From positions 1-59,914 of the forward strand of contig CAMNCG010000001.1 of the NCBI GenBank assembly GCA_946534105.1: a stretch of DNA of 59,914 nt, in the 5' to 3' direction. The notes beneath the pieces were generated by a model. The model was given only the letters and a program-made list of their open reading frames with translations, was not told the DNA's origin and did not search any database. Positions 1-8,436 of the stretch are shown in pieces (position 1 is the stretch's first letter; every line of letters begins with the position of its first letter). The position numbers and the translations under genes were made by a program. The stretch is from an uncultured Verrucomicrobiota bacterium (GTDB lineage Bacteria > Verrucomicrobiota > Kiritimatiellia > RFP12 > UBA3636).

Positions 1-33
1 GAACGCCCCGCGAGGCGTTTCGGCGCGCCCGCG

Positions 34-64
34 AAAAAAAATGGGGAATGTCCAGCGGCTCCCC
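34..64 (-). terminator. putative intrinsic terminator after the aldolase gene
   Basis: On the minus-strand RNA a short stem forms (GGGGA/UCCCC, plus 43-47 pairing with 60-64, 12-nt loop). It is followed by eight U (A34-A41 on plus). The stem is weak. Confidence 0.35.
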
Positions 65-119
65 CCGAAAACTCATCGAGAAAATAATGTCACATTACAA
101 ACAAAATCGAAATCTGCTT

Positions 120-971
120 TCAGGCGCGGGGGCTGCTTTCGCAGAACACGGCGATGGCGCGGGCGGCATCGTCGCGCATGGCGGCGGTCGCGTCGGCGGC
201 GAGGGCGTGGAAGAACGTGGTCTCGCCTGCGGCGAGGCGGGCCGAGACGGCGTTCAGGCCCGCGCGCGCCATGTAGGAGTAGTAGTTGATCTTGCGGATG
301 CCGCAGGAAATGGCCGTGCGGTAGTCTTCGGGGGACACGCCGCTGCCGCCGTGCATGACAAGCGGAATCCCGACGAGGGCGCGGATTTTCCGGATTCGGT
401 CGAAATCGAGCACCGGTTTGGCCTTGTAGATGCCGTGGGCGGTGCCGAACGACGCGGCGAGCGCGTCGATTCCCGTGTCCGCGACGAAGCGGCGCGCCAG
501 TTCCGGGTCGGTGTAAACCGCCGCTCCCGCGCCGCCCTCGCCGCCTTCGCGCGACGCGAGGGCGCCGATTTCGGCCTCCACGTCGATGCCGCGGGCGTGC
601 GCCTCTTCCACGACCTGGCACGTGAGGAACACGTTGTCGTCGTAAGGCTTGGCGGAGGCGTCGATCATGGCCGAGGTGAAGCCGAGGTCCATCGCGCGGC
701 GGATGTAATCCGCGTCCTCGCCGTGGTCGAGGTGTACGCAGACGGGAACGTTCGCGCGTTCCGCGGCCCAGACCATGAGCGGACCGATGTCGTGGAGGGG
801 GGCACCCTCCGTCTCGTGCAGCTGCGCGTGGGCGATGATGACCGGAACGCCGGCGCCTTCCGCCGCACCGAGAACCGCGCGGATGTTTTCGAAGGTGGGG
901 GTGTTGAACGCGCCGACTGCGCAGTTGCGCTTTTCGGCCCAGCCAAGTACGTTTTTGAGGGAGACTTTCAT
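120..971 (-). CDS. class II (metal-dependent) ketose/fructose-bisphosphate aldolase family protein
   Basis: 283-aa ORF. It carries family hallmarks: NCAVGAFN near the N-terminus, VCVHLDHG, AEIG, FGTAHG, LVMHGGSG and KINYYS. It is the last gene of the minus-strand sugar operon. Confidence 0.85.
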   Translation of the reverse strand: MKVSLKNVLGWAEKRNCAVGAFNTPTFENIRAVLGAAEGAGVPVIIAHAQLHETEGAPLHDIGPLMVWAAERANVPVCVHLDHGEDADYIRRAMDLGFTSAMIDASAKPYDDNVFLTCQVVEEAHARGIDVEAEIGALASREGGEGGAGAAVYTDPELARRFVADTGIDALAASFGTAHGIYKAKPVLDFDRIRKIRALVGIPLVMHGGSGVSPEDYRTAISCGIRKINYYSYMARAGLNAVSARLAAGETTFFHALAADATAAMRDDAARAIAVFCESSPRA

Positions 972-1053
972 CGGAGTTGAAACGTTGAGAGGTTGAAACG
1001 TTGAAAGGTAGGAAAGTTGGAAGGGCCGTGTTACATGGTGACGCGGGGCCGCT

Positions 1054-2475
1054 TTACACGAGCGGGCGGACGGCGGCGTAGAGCCGTTCGTATCGCGCGA
1101 AGACTTCGGAGTAGCGCGCGTGGCGCGCGGGGTCGGGATCGAAGCGTCCCACGCGGCGGACCATTTTCGCGGCCGCTTCGGCGATGGCGCCGAACGCGCC
1201 GCAGGCGAGCCCCGCCATCATGGCGCAGCCGACCGTGCCGGCGTCGTCCGTTTCGAGCGTTTCGATCGGGATGCCGAGGACGTCGGCCTTCATTTGCACC
1301 CAAAGGCGCGACTTCGCGCCGCCGCCCGTCGCGACGAGCCGGTCGAACGCGACGCCTGAGGCGGCGAGCCGCTCCCGGTTGAGCCGCATTTCGTAGGCGA
1401 CGGACTCCATGCACGCCAGGTAGATGTCGCGGTCCGTGGTGGCGAGCGAAAGCCCCACGATCGCGCCGCGAGAGCCGGAGTCCATGTAGGGCGTCGCGGC
1501 ACCGGCGAAGTGCGGCAGCACGAGCAGCCCCGTGGGGCCGTCGCAAGGCCCGGACTGAAGCTCCTCGTGGCTGCGGCGGCAGAGCGCGTCGCGGCACCAG
1601 CGCAGGAGTTCGCCGCCGGTGTAGGAGTAGGCGTAGGTGACGAAGCGCCCGAAATACGGGACGGCGCAGTAGTTGTCGCGGTGGAATCGCGGATTCGCGG
1701 GAATTTCGGCGAACACCGGCGTCATGCACTCCACGGTTCCGGCGCCCTCGGCGGCGACGCCCGGCTCGAAGACGCCCGCTCCGGCGGCGCACGCCACCTG
1801 GTCGTGTCCGGCGGCGACGACGAGCGTTCCGTCCGAGTCGGCCCCTACGGCCGCGCCGGTGGCGACGGGCTCGGAAAGGAGCCCCGCGTCGAGGCCGACC
1901 GCGTCGAGGATTTCGCGACTCCAGCGAAGGCGGCGGATGTCGAAGGCGCCGGTGCGCGCGGCGAGCGAATGGTCGATGGCGGCGCGTCCCGTGAGAAGCC
2001 AGATCACGTAGTCTTCGACGAGCATTACGCGGCGGGCGCGGGCGTATGTTTCCGGCTCGTGCGCCTTCACCCACATCAGCTTCGGGAACGAATACGACTC
2101 GCTTGGAAGCACGCCGGCGATTTCGGCGGCGCGGTCCGCTCCGAAGCGCTCGCGGAACGCGCGGCACTCCTCGGCGCCGCGCGCGTCGGTGCAAAGCAGG
2201 ATCGGGCGCAGCGGCCTTCCAGCCTCGTCGAGCATCACGAACGCCTCGCCGAAGCTCGTGACGCCGATGGCGTCCAGCGCGCCGAAGCGCGCCTTCGCGG
2301 CGCGGAGGCATTCGCGGACGCCCGAAGCGAGCGCCTCGGCGTCGATTTCCTGCGCGTCCGTTTCGCGCGTCACCGGGTAGTCGCGGTATTCGCGGCCGAG
2401 GTTTTCGCCCTCCGCCGAAAACACCGTGACCTTGCAGCCCGTGGTGCCTACGTCGAGCCCCGCGATTCTTTTCAT
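1054..2475 (-). CDS. FGGY-family sugar kinase (rhamnulokinase/xylulokinase-like)
   Basis: I trimmed the 1054..4227 track ORF to the ATG at 2475. The N-terminus MKRIAGLDVGTTGCK is the FGGY phosphate-1 motif, and ATGGGAKS occurs near the C-terminus. An ATGA overlap joins it to the upstream isomerase stop. Confidence 0.85.
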   Translation of the reverse strand: MKRIAGLDVGTTGCKVTVFSAEGENLGREYRDYPVTRETDAQEIDAEALASGVRECLRAAKARFGALDAIGVTSFGEAFVMLDEAGRPLRPILLCTDARGAEECRAFRERFGADRAAEIAGVLPSESYSFPKLMWVKAHEPETYARARRVMLVEDYVIWLLTGRAAIDHSLAARTGAFDIRRLRWSREILDAVGLDAGLLSEPVATGAAVGADSDGTLVVAAGHDQVACAAGAGVFEPGVAAEGAGTVECMTPVFAEIPANPRFHRDNYCAVPYFGRFVTYAYSYTGGELLRWCRDALCRRSHEELQSGPCDGPTGLLVLPHFAGAATPYMDSGSRGAIVGLSLATTDRDIYLACMESVAYEMRLNRERLAASGVAFDRLVATGGGAKSRLWVQMKADVLGIPIETLETDDAGTVGCAMMAGLACGAFGAIAEAAAKMVRRVGRFDPDPARHARYSEVFARYERLYAAVRPLV

Positions 2476-3872
2476 GCGTCGATGTCGGTCCAGTCGTAGC
2501 CCAGATACGTCGTGAACGCCTCGCGCAGGACGCTCTTCATGTGTCCGACGCCGACGGAGGTGTGGTGCTTGAAGCCGCCGCGCGCGAGCCGGACGAGCTT
2601 GTCCTGGAGGGCGGGGATCTTCGCCACGCCGCCGCAGCCGAAGAAGCCGTCCTCGATCCTGTCGTCCGTGAACTCGCCCTCGGAGGCATAGACGACGAGG
2701 CGGCCGTCCTTCGTCTGGCAGTTGGAGAACGTCATCGGGAACGCGGCGATGCGGCCCTCGTTGGAGCCCCAGCCGGATCCGGGATCGCCCTTCTCGAACA
2801 TCTTGTGCGCCGTCACGGTTCCCTTCGCCGCCATGAGCGACTGCGCCACCGGGCCGCAGTGGAAGAGGATGACCTTGTCGGGATCGTCGCCGTAGTTGTT
2901 GTTCCAGTCGAGGACGGCGGTGGGCTTTCCGGAGGCGAGCTGCATGGCGCGCATCGTGAGCGCCGAGCACAGGTCGATTTCGCACGAGGCGGGAACGCCG
3001 CGGTCGTTCAGCTCGGAAAGCAGGACGCACGGGCAGACGCGCAGGATCGTCTCCATCTCGTTCCAGCACCGCAGCGAAAGGGCGTCCAGGTGGTATTCCG
3101 CGATGTAGTCGTCGATCGTGCAGGAAATCTTCGCGAGCGTCTCCATGCGGTCCTGCGGCACGAGCGAGCAGTTCGTGTAGGCGCGCAGGCGCTCGATCTT
3201 CGCCTTCACGGCATCGTCCGCGCCGCGCTTCTGCACCTTGTGGACGAGTTCCGAGAGGTCGAACGACTCGACGGTGATGTCGTATTTCTGGAGCGCGATT
3301 TCGTCGAAGCGCGTGGTCTTGAACGCCGTGGTGCGGGCGCCGATGCAGCCGACGGAAAAGCGCTTCATGCCGCCCGCGACGCGGCAGATCGCGGCGAACT
3401 CCTCCAGGTTGGCGCGAAATGCCGTGGAGAGCGGATGCACGACGTGCGGCTTCATCACGGTGAACGGGATGCGGCACTGCGTGAAGACGTCGGTCACGGA
3501 GAACTTGCCGCAGTAGGCGTCGCGGCGGTGCGCGAAGTCCATCTTGCCGATTTCGTCGGGATAGGCCTGGAGGAGAATCGGAACGCCCGCGTCGCGCAGC
3601 GCCTCGAAAGCACCGTTTTCGTCGGCGAAGATCGGCATCGAGAAGATCACGCCGTCGAACTCCCCGCGATGCTCCGCGAGCCACTTGGCGTAGAGGCGTC
3701 CCTCGTCGCGCGTCTCGACGCCGCCGTAGCGCGTCGCCCTTTCGTCCATCGCGATCCAGCTGAAGCCGGCGTTTTCGACGGCCTGGGCGATTTCGCGGCG
3801 CGCGTCGAGGATGAGCTCGCCGGGCATGAATCCGCGGTTGCAGAAGCAGAGTGCGAACGTGGTCTTTTTCAT
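2472..3872 (-). CDS. L-fucose/L-arabinose isomerase family protein
   Basis: 466-aa ORF with the overall pattern of the short FucI/AraA-like isomerase family (CGKFSVTDV, LRCWNE, ASCEIDL, LFHCGP). It is translationally coupled on both sides by ATGA overlaps. Confidence 0.75.
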   Translation of the reverse strand: MKKTTFALCFCNRGFMPGELILDARREIAQAVENAGFSWIAMDERATRYGGVETRDEGRLYAKWLAEHRGEFDGVIFSMPIFADENGAFEALRDAGVPILLQAYPDEIGKMDFAHRRDAYCGKFSVTDVFTQCRIPFTVMKPHVVHPLSTAFRANLEEFAAICRVAGGMKRFSVGCIGARTTAFKTTRFDEIALQKYDITVESFDLSELVHKVQKRGADDAVKAKIERLRAYTNCSLVPQDRMETLAKISCTIDDYIAEYHLDALSLRCWNEMETILRVCPCVLLSELNDRGVPASCEIDLCSALTMRAMQLASGKPTAVLDWNNNYGDDPDKVILFHCGPVAQSLMAAKGTVTAHKMFEKGDPGSGWGSNEGRIAAFPMTFSNCQTKDGRLVVYASEGEFTDDRIEDGFFGCGGVAKIPALQDKLVRLARGGFKHHTSVGVGHMKSVLREAFTTYLGYDWTDIDA

Positions 3873-4816
3873 GGTCTGGTTCCTTCGGTTGTGAAGTCTT
3901 CGGTTGTGAGCGAGAGGGTGTGCGTCTCCGACGCGCCGGGCGCGAGCGTGGAATACGTGAGTTCGCCGTCGAGGTGGCTCGTGCAGGGTTCAAGTCCCAG
4001 CACGTAGTCGCCGCTGGCGCGGCTCTTCCACTGGACGAACTTCCGGAGCGAGCTGCGGACGGTGAAGCGCTTGCCGATGCGCGCGTTTTCGACGGACATC
4101 GCGCCGTCGCGCGTCTCGTGGAAGTAGCACGTTTCCTCAGCGCCCGGGACCGGATCCTCCATTTCGAGCATTCTTGCCATCTCGTGCTCCGCCCACGGGG
4201 TGCGCGGGCGCGACGAGACGAAGTCACCGACGATGCGGGCGCCGGCGTCGGCGATCGGCCAGCCGACGTTCACGTGGTAGAGAAGGCAGTATCGGGCGGC
4301 CGTGAAGGCGCGGTTGGAGATGCGGTCCGTCAGGCGGATTTCATCGGAAAGCGGCGCGCACTCGATCGTGCGCGTGACGACGAGGTTCTGCCCGAAGAGG
4401 GCGGTGTCGCGGATGTCGGCGACGACGCGGACGCCGTCCGCGCCGGCGGAGAGCTCGCGGATTTCGGCCGGGATGGAGTGGAAGCGCCCGTGCGGCGGGT
4501 GGCCCTCCACGGCGCCGATGGCGTCGAGCCCGCACGTGTAGAGCATGCCGGCGGGGAACGAGCGCAGGAAGTCAGGGTCGTCTGCGCGCAGTCCGTTTTT
4601 GGACAGGAAGCCGACATTCGTCCCACCGTGCCAGAGCTGGAGGATGTCGAGGGCGTTCGACTCCGACAGGACGAAGTTCAGGCGCCCGTTGGAGGCGCAT
4701 ACGAGCCGCGTCCCCGCGCCACGTCCGTCCAGCGCCTGGACCCGCCTCGCCGAGCAGACCTGCTCCGCGTTTCCGATTTTTCCGTCCGCAAAGGCCGAAG
4801 CCGCATTTCCGATCAT
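3869..4816 (-). CDS. aldose 1-epimerase-like protein (DUF4432-type)
   Basis: ORF 3869..4906 trimmed to the ATG at 4816 (MIGNAASAF). The segment GMLYTCGLDAIG...HGRFHSIPAE resembles the DUF4432/mutarotase-like family. It is the first gene of the operon. The functional assignment is tentative. Confidence 0.55.
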   Translation of the reverse strand: MIGNAASAFADGKIGNAEQVCSARRVQALDGRGAGTRLVCASNGRLNFVLSESNALDILQLWHGGTNVGFLSKNGLRADDPDFLRSFPAGMLYTCGLDAIGAVEGHPPHGRFHSIPAEIRELSAGADGVRVVADIRDTALFGQNLVVTRTIECAPLSDEIRLTDRISNRAFTAARYCLLYHVNVGWPIADAGARIVGDFVSSRPRTPWAEHEMARMLEMEDPVPGAEETCYFHETRDGAMSVENARIGKRFTVRSSLRKFVQWKSRASGDYVLGLEPCTSHLDGELTYSTLAPGASETHTLSLTTEDFTTEGTRP

Positions 4817-4870
4817 TGCAAGAAGTCTCCCGAACGAAAGGGAGCATAGCGCATCCGCGGAGGGTGTCAA

Positions 4871-4906
4871 TATCGAAAATCGCAACATCCGTATTGAAAA
4901 TCGCAA
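4871..4906. promoter_or_regulatory. 15-nt direct repeat pair, candidate AraC/XylR-type operator
   Basis: TATCGAAAATCGCAA (4871-4885) and TATTGAAAATCGCAA (4892-4906) match at 14 of 15 positions. Their starts are 21 nt apart. They sit in the divergent intergenic region between the regulator and the catabolic operon. Confidence 0.4.
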
Positions 4907-4929
4907 GGGGATGGCGTATCCTGCGCGAC

Positions 4930-6111
4930 ATGCAACGGATCGGGCTTCTCATCGAGCGGCATTGGCACTACGGGCGGCGGCTGTGCGAGGGCATCGCGTC
5001 GCGAGCGCGGGAGCTGGGCGGGATGTCGCTGGAATTCATCGACTGGGAAACCCCGGCCGCGGGGCGCGGCCTGCGCGGGTTCGCCGGCTTCATCGCGCGG
5101 GTGTGGAGCGCCGACATTGCCAGGCGGCTGAAGGCGACCGGCCGGCCCGTGGTGGACGTTTACGGCGGCGTCGCCGAAACGCCGTTCGTGGTCGCCGACC
5201 AGAACGCGGACCTCGTGGGGCGGCTCGCCGCGGAGCACTTCCTCGACCGCAGGTTCGAGCGCTTCGCATTCTGCGGCTACTCGTGCCAGCGCTATTCCGT
5301 GCTTCGGCGCAAGGCCTACGCGCGGGCGCTGCGCGAGGCCGGGTTCGAATGCGACGTCTTCGAGGACGCGTCGTTCACGGCGGAGAAGTTCGGGCGAAAG
5401 GTCATCGGCAGGGGCGACTACGACGCGGGGCTTGCCGCCAGGCCGCTCGCCGCGTGGCTCAAGTCGCTCGAAAAGCCGGTCGCCGTGTTCTGCGCGCACG
5501 ATCTCGTGGCGCTGCAGGTGGCCGAGACGTGCCGCAAGGCGGGGCTCGGCATCCCGCGCGAAGTCGCGGTTCTCGGAGTGGACGACGATCCGCTGCTCTG
5601 CGACTTCCGGGAACCGACGATTTCGTCGATCGATCCGAATCCGTTCGAGATCGGGCGCGAGGCCGTGGACGCGCTGGCGGAGTGGCTGGAGAACCCCGGG
5701 CGCCGCCCCGCCGACAGGCGTCCGGCCCCGGCGGGGCTCGTAGGGCGGGCCTCGACGCAGACCTGCCCCGCGCCCGAGCCGTGGCTCTCCGACGCGCTGT
5801 GCTACATCCGCGAAAACATCGGACGCAACATCAACGCCTCCGAAGTCATCGCGGCGCTCGGGCGCTCGCACACGACCGTCGAGGCGGCGTTCCGGGAAAA
5901 GCTGGGGACGACGGTGCGCAGGGAAATCGCGCGCGTCCGCATCGAGGAGGCCAAGACGCTCTTGCGGGACGCGGCGCTGCCGCTTGCGGAAGTGTGCAAG
6001 CGCGCGGGCTTCTCGTCAAAGGCCTATTTCACGGCTGCGTTCCGCGCGGCGACGGGGCTTGCTCCCGGCGCCTGGCGGCTTCGCCTGAACACCAAAACCA
6101 TTCGACATTGA
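4930..6111 (+). CDS. XylR-like transcriptional regulator (sugar-binding domain plus AraC-type HTH)
   Basis: ATG at 4930 (MQRIGLLIE). The N-terminal part is LacI/periplasmic-binding-like (VAVFCAHD, IPREVAVLGVDDD). The C-terminal part is an AraC HTH (AEVCKRAGFSSKAYFTAAFRAATGLAPGAWR). Confidence 0.8.
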   Translation: MQRIGLLIERHWHYGRRLCEGIASRARELGGMSLEFIDWETPAAGRGLRGFAGFIARVWSADIARRLKATGRPVVDVYGGVAETPFVVADQNADLVGRLAAEHFLDRRFERFAFCGYSCQRYSVLRRKAYARALREAGFECDVFEDASFTAEKFGRKVIGRGDYDAGLAARPLAAWLKSLEKPVAVFCAHDLVALQVAETCRKAGLGIPREVAVLGVDDDPLLCDFREPTISSIDPNPFEIGREAVDALAEWLENPGRRPADRRPAPAGLVGRASTQTCPAPEPWLSDALCYIRENIGRNINASEVIAALGRSHTTVEAAFREKLGTTVRREIARVRIEEAKTLLRDAALPLAEVCKRAGFSSKAYFTAAFRAATGLAPGAWRLRLNTKTIRH

Positions 6112-6199
6112 AATGCGCGGCGCGTTTTCGTATACTCTCCCTCAACGGCGCTCCCGGCGTTGTCCCGGCACGCGCGAAAATCCAACAGAGGAAACCAAA

Positions 6200-7369
6200 A
6201 TGTCCAACCGCATCGTCCTGAACAAGATCTCCTACCACGGCCCGGGCGCCATCGCCGAGATTCCCGGTCTCGTCAAGGCCCAAGGCTCGAAGAAGGTCTT
6301 CGTCGCTTCCGACCCGGATCTTGTCAAGTTCGGCGTCACCAAGAAGGTGACCGACCTGCTTGACAAGGCGAAAATCAAGTACGTCCTGTTCAGCGACATC
6401 AAGCCGAATCCCACGATCGAAAACGTCAAGGCCGGCGTGGCCGCGTTCAAGAAGGCGAAGGCCGACTCCATCGTCGCGATCGGCGGCGGCTCTTCGATGG
6501 ACACCGCCAAGGCGATCGGCATCATCGCCAACAACCCCAAGTTCGCGAACGTCCGTTCGCTCGAAGGCGTCGCGCCCACGAAGAACGACGCGGTCTTCAC
6601 GATCGCCGTCCCGACGACGGCCGGAACGGCCGCCGAAGTGACGATCAACTACGTCATCACCGACCGCCAGAAGGACCGCAAGTTCGTCTGCGTCGACATG
6701 CACGACATCCCGCTCGTCGCCGTCGTCGACCCCGACATGATGATGTCGATGCCGAAGGGCCTCTGCGCCAACACCGGCATGGACGCGCTCACGCACGCGA
6801 TCGAAGGCTTCACGACGAAGGGCGCGTGGGAGATGACCGACATGTTCCACCTCAAGGCGGTCGAACTCATCGCCGCGAACCTCCGCAAGAGCGTGAAGGG
6901 CGATCCCGAAGGCCGCAAGCAGATGGCGCTCGCGCAGTACGTCGCCGGCATGGGATTCTCCAACGTCGGCCTTGGCATCGCGCACTCGATGGCGCATCCG
7001 CTCTCCGCCTTCTACGACACGCCGCACGGCAAGGCCTGCGCGATTCTCCTGCCGCATGTCCTCAAGTACAACGCCGAGGACCCGAAGGCGGACGTGAAGA
7101 AGGTCGGCGCCCGCTACGCCCTGCTCGCCAAGGCGATGGGCGTCAAGGACGGCGACAAGCTCAAGGGCAAGGCCGCGATCAAGGCCGCCTGCGACGCCGT
7201 CGCGAAGCTCGGCAAGGACGTCGGCATCCCGGCGGACCTCAAGGGCATCGTCCAGGAGAAGGACATCCCCTTCCTCGCCCACTCCGCCTACGTCGACGCC
7301 TGCCGCCCCGGCAACCCGCGCGACGTCACGGAAGAGGACCTCGCGGCCCTCTACCGGAGCCTCATCTAG
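6200..7369 (+). CDS. fucO: lactaldehyde reductase / L-1,2-propanediol oxidoreductase (iron-containing alcohol dehydrogenase)
   Basis: It matches my recollection of E. coli FucO along nearly the whole length. Examples are PNPT, AIGGGS..D.AKAIGII.NNP.FA.VRSLEG, PTTAGTAAEVTINYVITD, RKFVCVD.HDIP, GMGFSNVGLG, TPHG and GNPR. Confidence 0.9.
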   Translation: MSNRIVLNKISYHGPGAIAEIPGLVKAQGSKKVFVASDPDLVKFGVTKKVTDLLDKAKIKYVLFSDIKPNPTIENVKAGVAAFKKAKADSIVAIGGGSSMDTAKAIGIIANNPKFANVRSLEGVAPTKNDAVFTIAVPTTAGTAAEVTINYVITDRQKDRKFVCVDMHDIPLVAVVDPDMMMSMPKGLCANTGMDALTHAIEGFTTKGAWEMTDMFHLKAVELIAANLRKSVKGDPEGRKQMALAQYVAGMGFSNVGLGIAHSMAHPLSAFYDTPHGKACAILLPHVLKYNAEDPKADVKKVGARYALLAKAMGVKDGDKLKGKAAIKAACDAVAKLGKDVGIPADLKGIVQEKDIPFLAHSAYVDACRPGNPRDVTEEDLAALYRSLI

Positions 7370-7379
7370 AAACGCGGCC

Positions 7380-7407
7380 GCGGGCGGCTCCGCGCGGAGC
7401 CGCCCGC
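7380..7407 (+). terminator. GC-rich hairpin after fucO
   Basis: A perfect 11-bp inverted repeat (GCGGGCGGCTC / GAGCCGCCCGC) sits 11 nt after the stop. No U-tract follows on the plus strand; an A-run follows instead. Terminator function is therefore uncertain. Confidence 0.35.
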
Positions 7408-7437
7408 ATCGTGAAAAAAACATCAGGAAAACCAGTC

Positions 7438-8274
7438 ATGAAATCCTCTCTTCTCGCCTCCCTCGCCGCGCTGGCCGCGGCGGCGGGCTGCTGCTGCCAG
7501 GCCCAAGCCGCGGACGCCGCCGCGCCCGCCCCCCAGCGCACGTTCACCGTCGGCTTTGACGCGGACTTTCCCCCCTACGGCTTCCGCGGGGATGACGGCC
7601 AGTTCGCCGGGTTCGACCTCGACCTCGCCCGCGAAGTCTGCAAGCGCAAGGGCTGGAAGTTCGTCGCAAAGCCCATCGAATGGGCCGCGAAGGACACCGA
7701 GCTCTCCGCCGGCACGATCGACTGCATCTGGAACGGCTTCACGATGTCGCCGGAGCGTCTCGACAAGTACACCTGGACCGTCCCGTACGTCCAGAACAAG
7801 CAGCTCGTGCTCGTGAAGGCCGACGGCGGCGTCAAGACGTTCGCCGACCTCAAGGGCAAGGCCGTCGCCGTGCAGGACGGATCGTCCGGCGCCGAGGCCA
7901 TGGAAGCGAAGCTCGAAGAGGCCAAGAAGGCCGACGCCTCGTTCGCCTTCTCCGACCTCAAGAAAGTCCCCGACTACGTGACCGCCTTCACGATGCTGCA
8001 GAGCGGCGCCGTGGACGCCCTCGGGCTCGACTCCGCCGTCGCCGGCGGTTTCGTCGAGAAGGGGGCCGGCGCGTTCGTCACGCTCGAGGAGCCCCTCATG
8101 CAGGAGCTGTACGGCGTCGGATTCAAGCTCGGCAACGTCGAACTGCGCGACATCGTCCAGACCACCCTGAAGGAGATGGTCGCCGACGGCACCGCCGCGA
8201 AGATCCTCGCCCACTGGGCCGAGGAGGAAATCTCCCACGGCGGAGACCAGATCGACTTCGTCCTGAAGCCGTAG
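7438..8274 (+). CDS. family-3 (polar amino acid type) ABC transporter substrate-binding lipoprotein
   Basis: The signal peptide carries a lipobox (LAAAAGC). The motifs FPPYGF, FDLDLA and DCIWNGF are typical of family-3 solute-binding proteins. No permease or ATPase gene is adjacent. Confidence 0.8.
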   Translation: MKSSLLASLAALAAAAGCCCQAQAADAAAPAPQRTFTVGFDADFPPYGFRGDDGQFAGFDLDLAREVCKRKGWKFVAKPIEWAAKDTELSAGTIDCIWNGFTMSPERLDKYTWTVPYVQNKQLVLVKADGGVKTFADLKGKAVAVQDGSSGAEAMEAKLEEAKKADASFAFSDLKKVPDYVTAFTMLQSGAVDALGLDSAVAGGFVEKGAGAFVTLEEPLMQELYGVGFKLGNVELRDIVQTTLKEMVADGTAAKILAHWAEEEISHGGDQIDFVLKP

Positions 8275-8286
8275 ACGGCGGTTTTC

Positions 8287-8357
8287 CCGGCGCGCCACGC
8301 GCGCGCCGGTTCCGCAAGGCCGCCGCACCCCCCCGGGCGCGGCGGCTCCATTTTTTT
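8287..8357 (+). terminator. tandem hairpins plus T-tract (intrinsic terminator)
   Basis: Hairpin 1 is CCGGCGCGC/GCGCGCCGG (8287-8309). Hairpin 2 is GCCGCCGC/GCGGCGGC (8319-8346), followed by TCCATTTTTTT (T-run 8351-8357). Confidence 0.6.
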
Positions 8358-8436
8358 CGGGCGTTCGCTTCCATTCCGGAGATTCCGTGATATGATGGGC
8401 GTTCTGGCAACAATCAACGCACAACACGTTTCTCAC

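Noticed and set aside
1054-4227. Single 1057-aa ORF spanning the kinase, isomerase and part of the epimerase region.
   Set aside because: Only the C-terminal 473 aa (from the ATG at 2475) look like a protein, namely the FGGY kinase. The upstream 580 aa are an Arg-rich shadow of the isomerase gene read in another frame.
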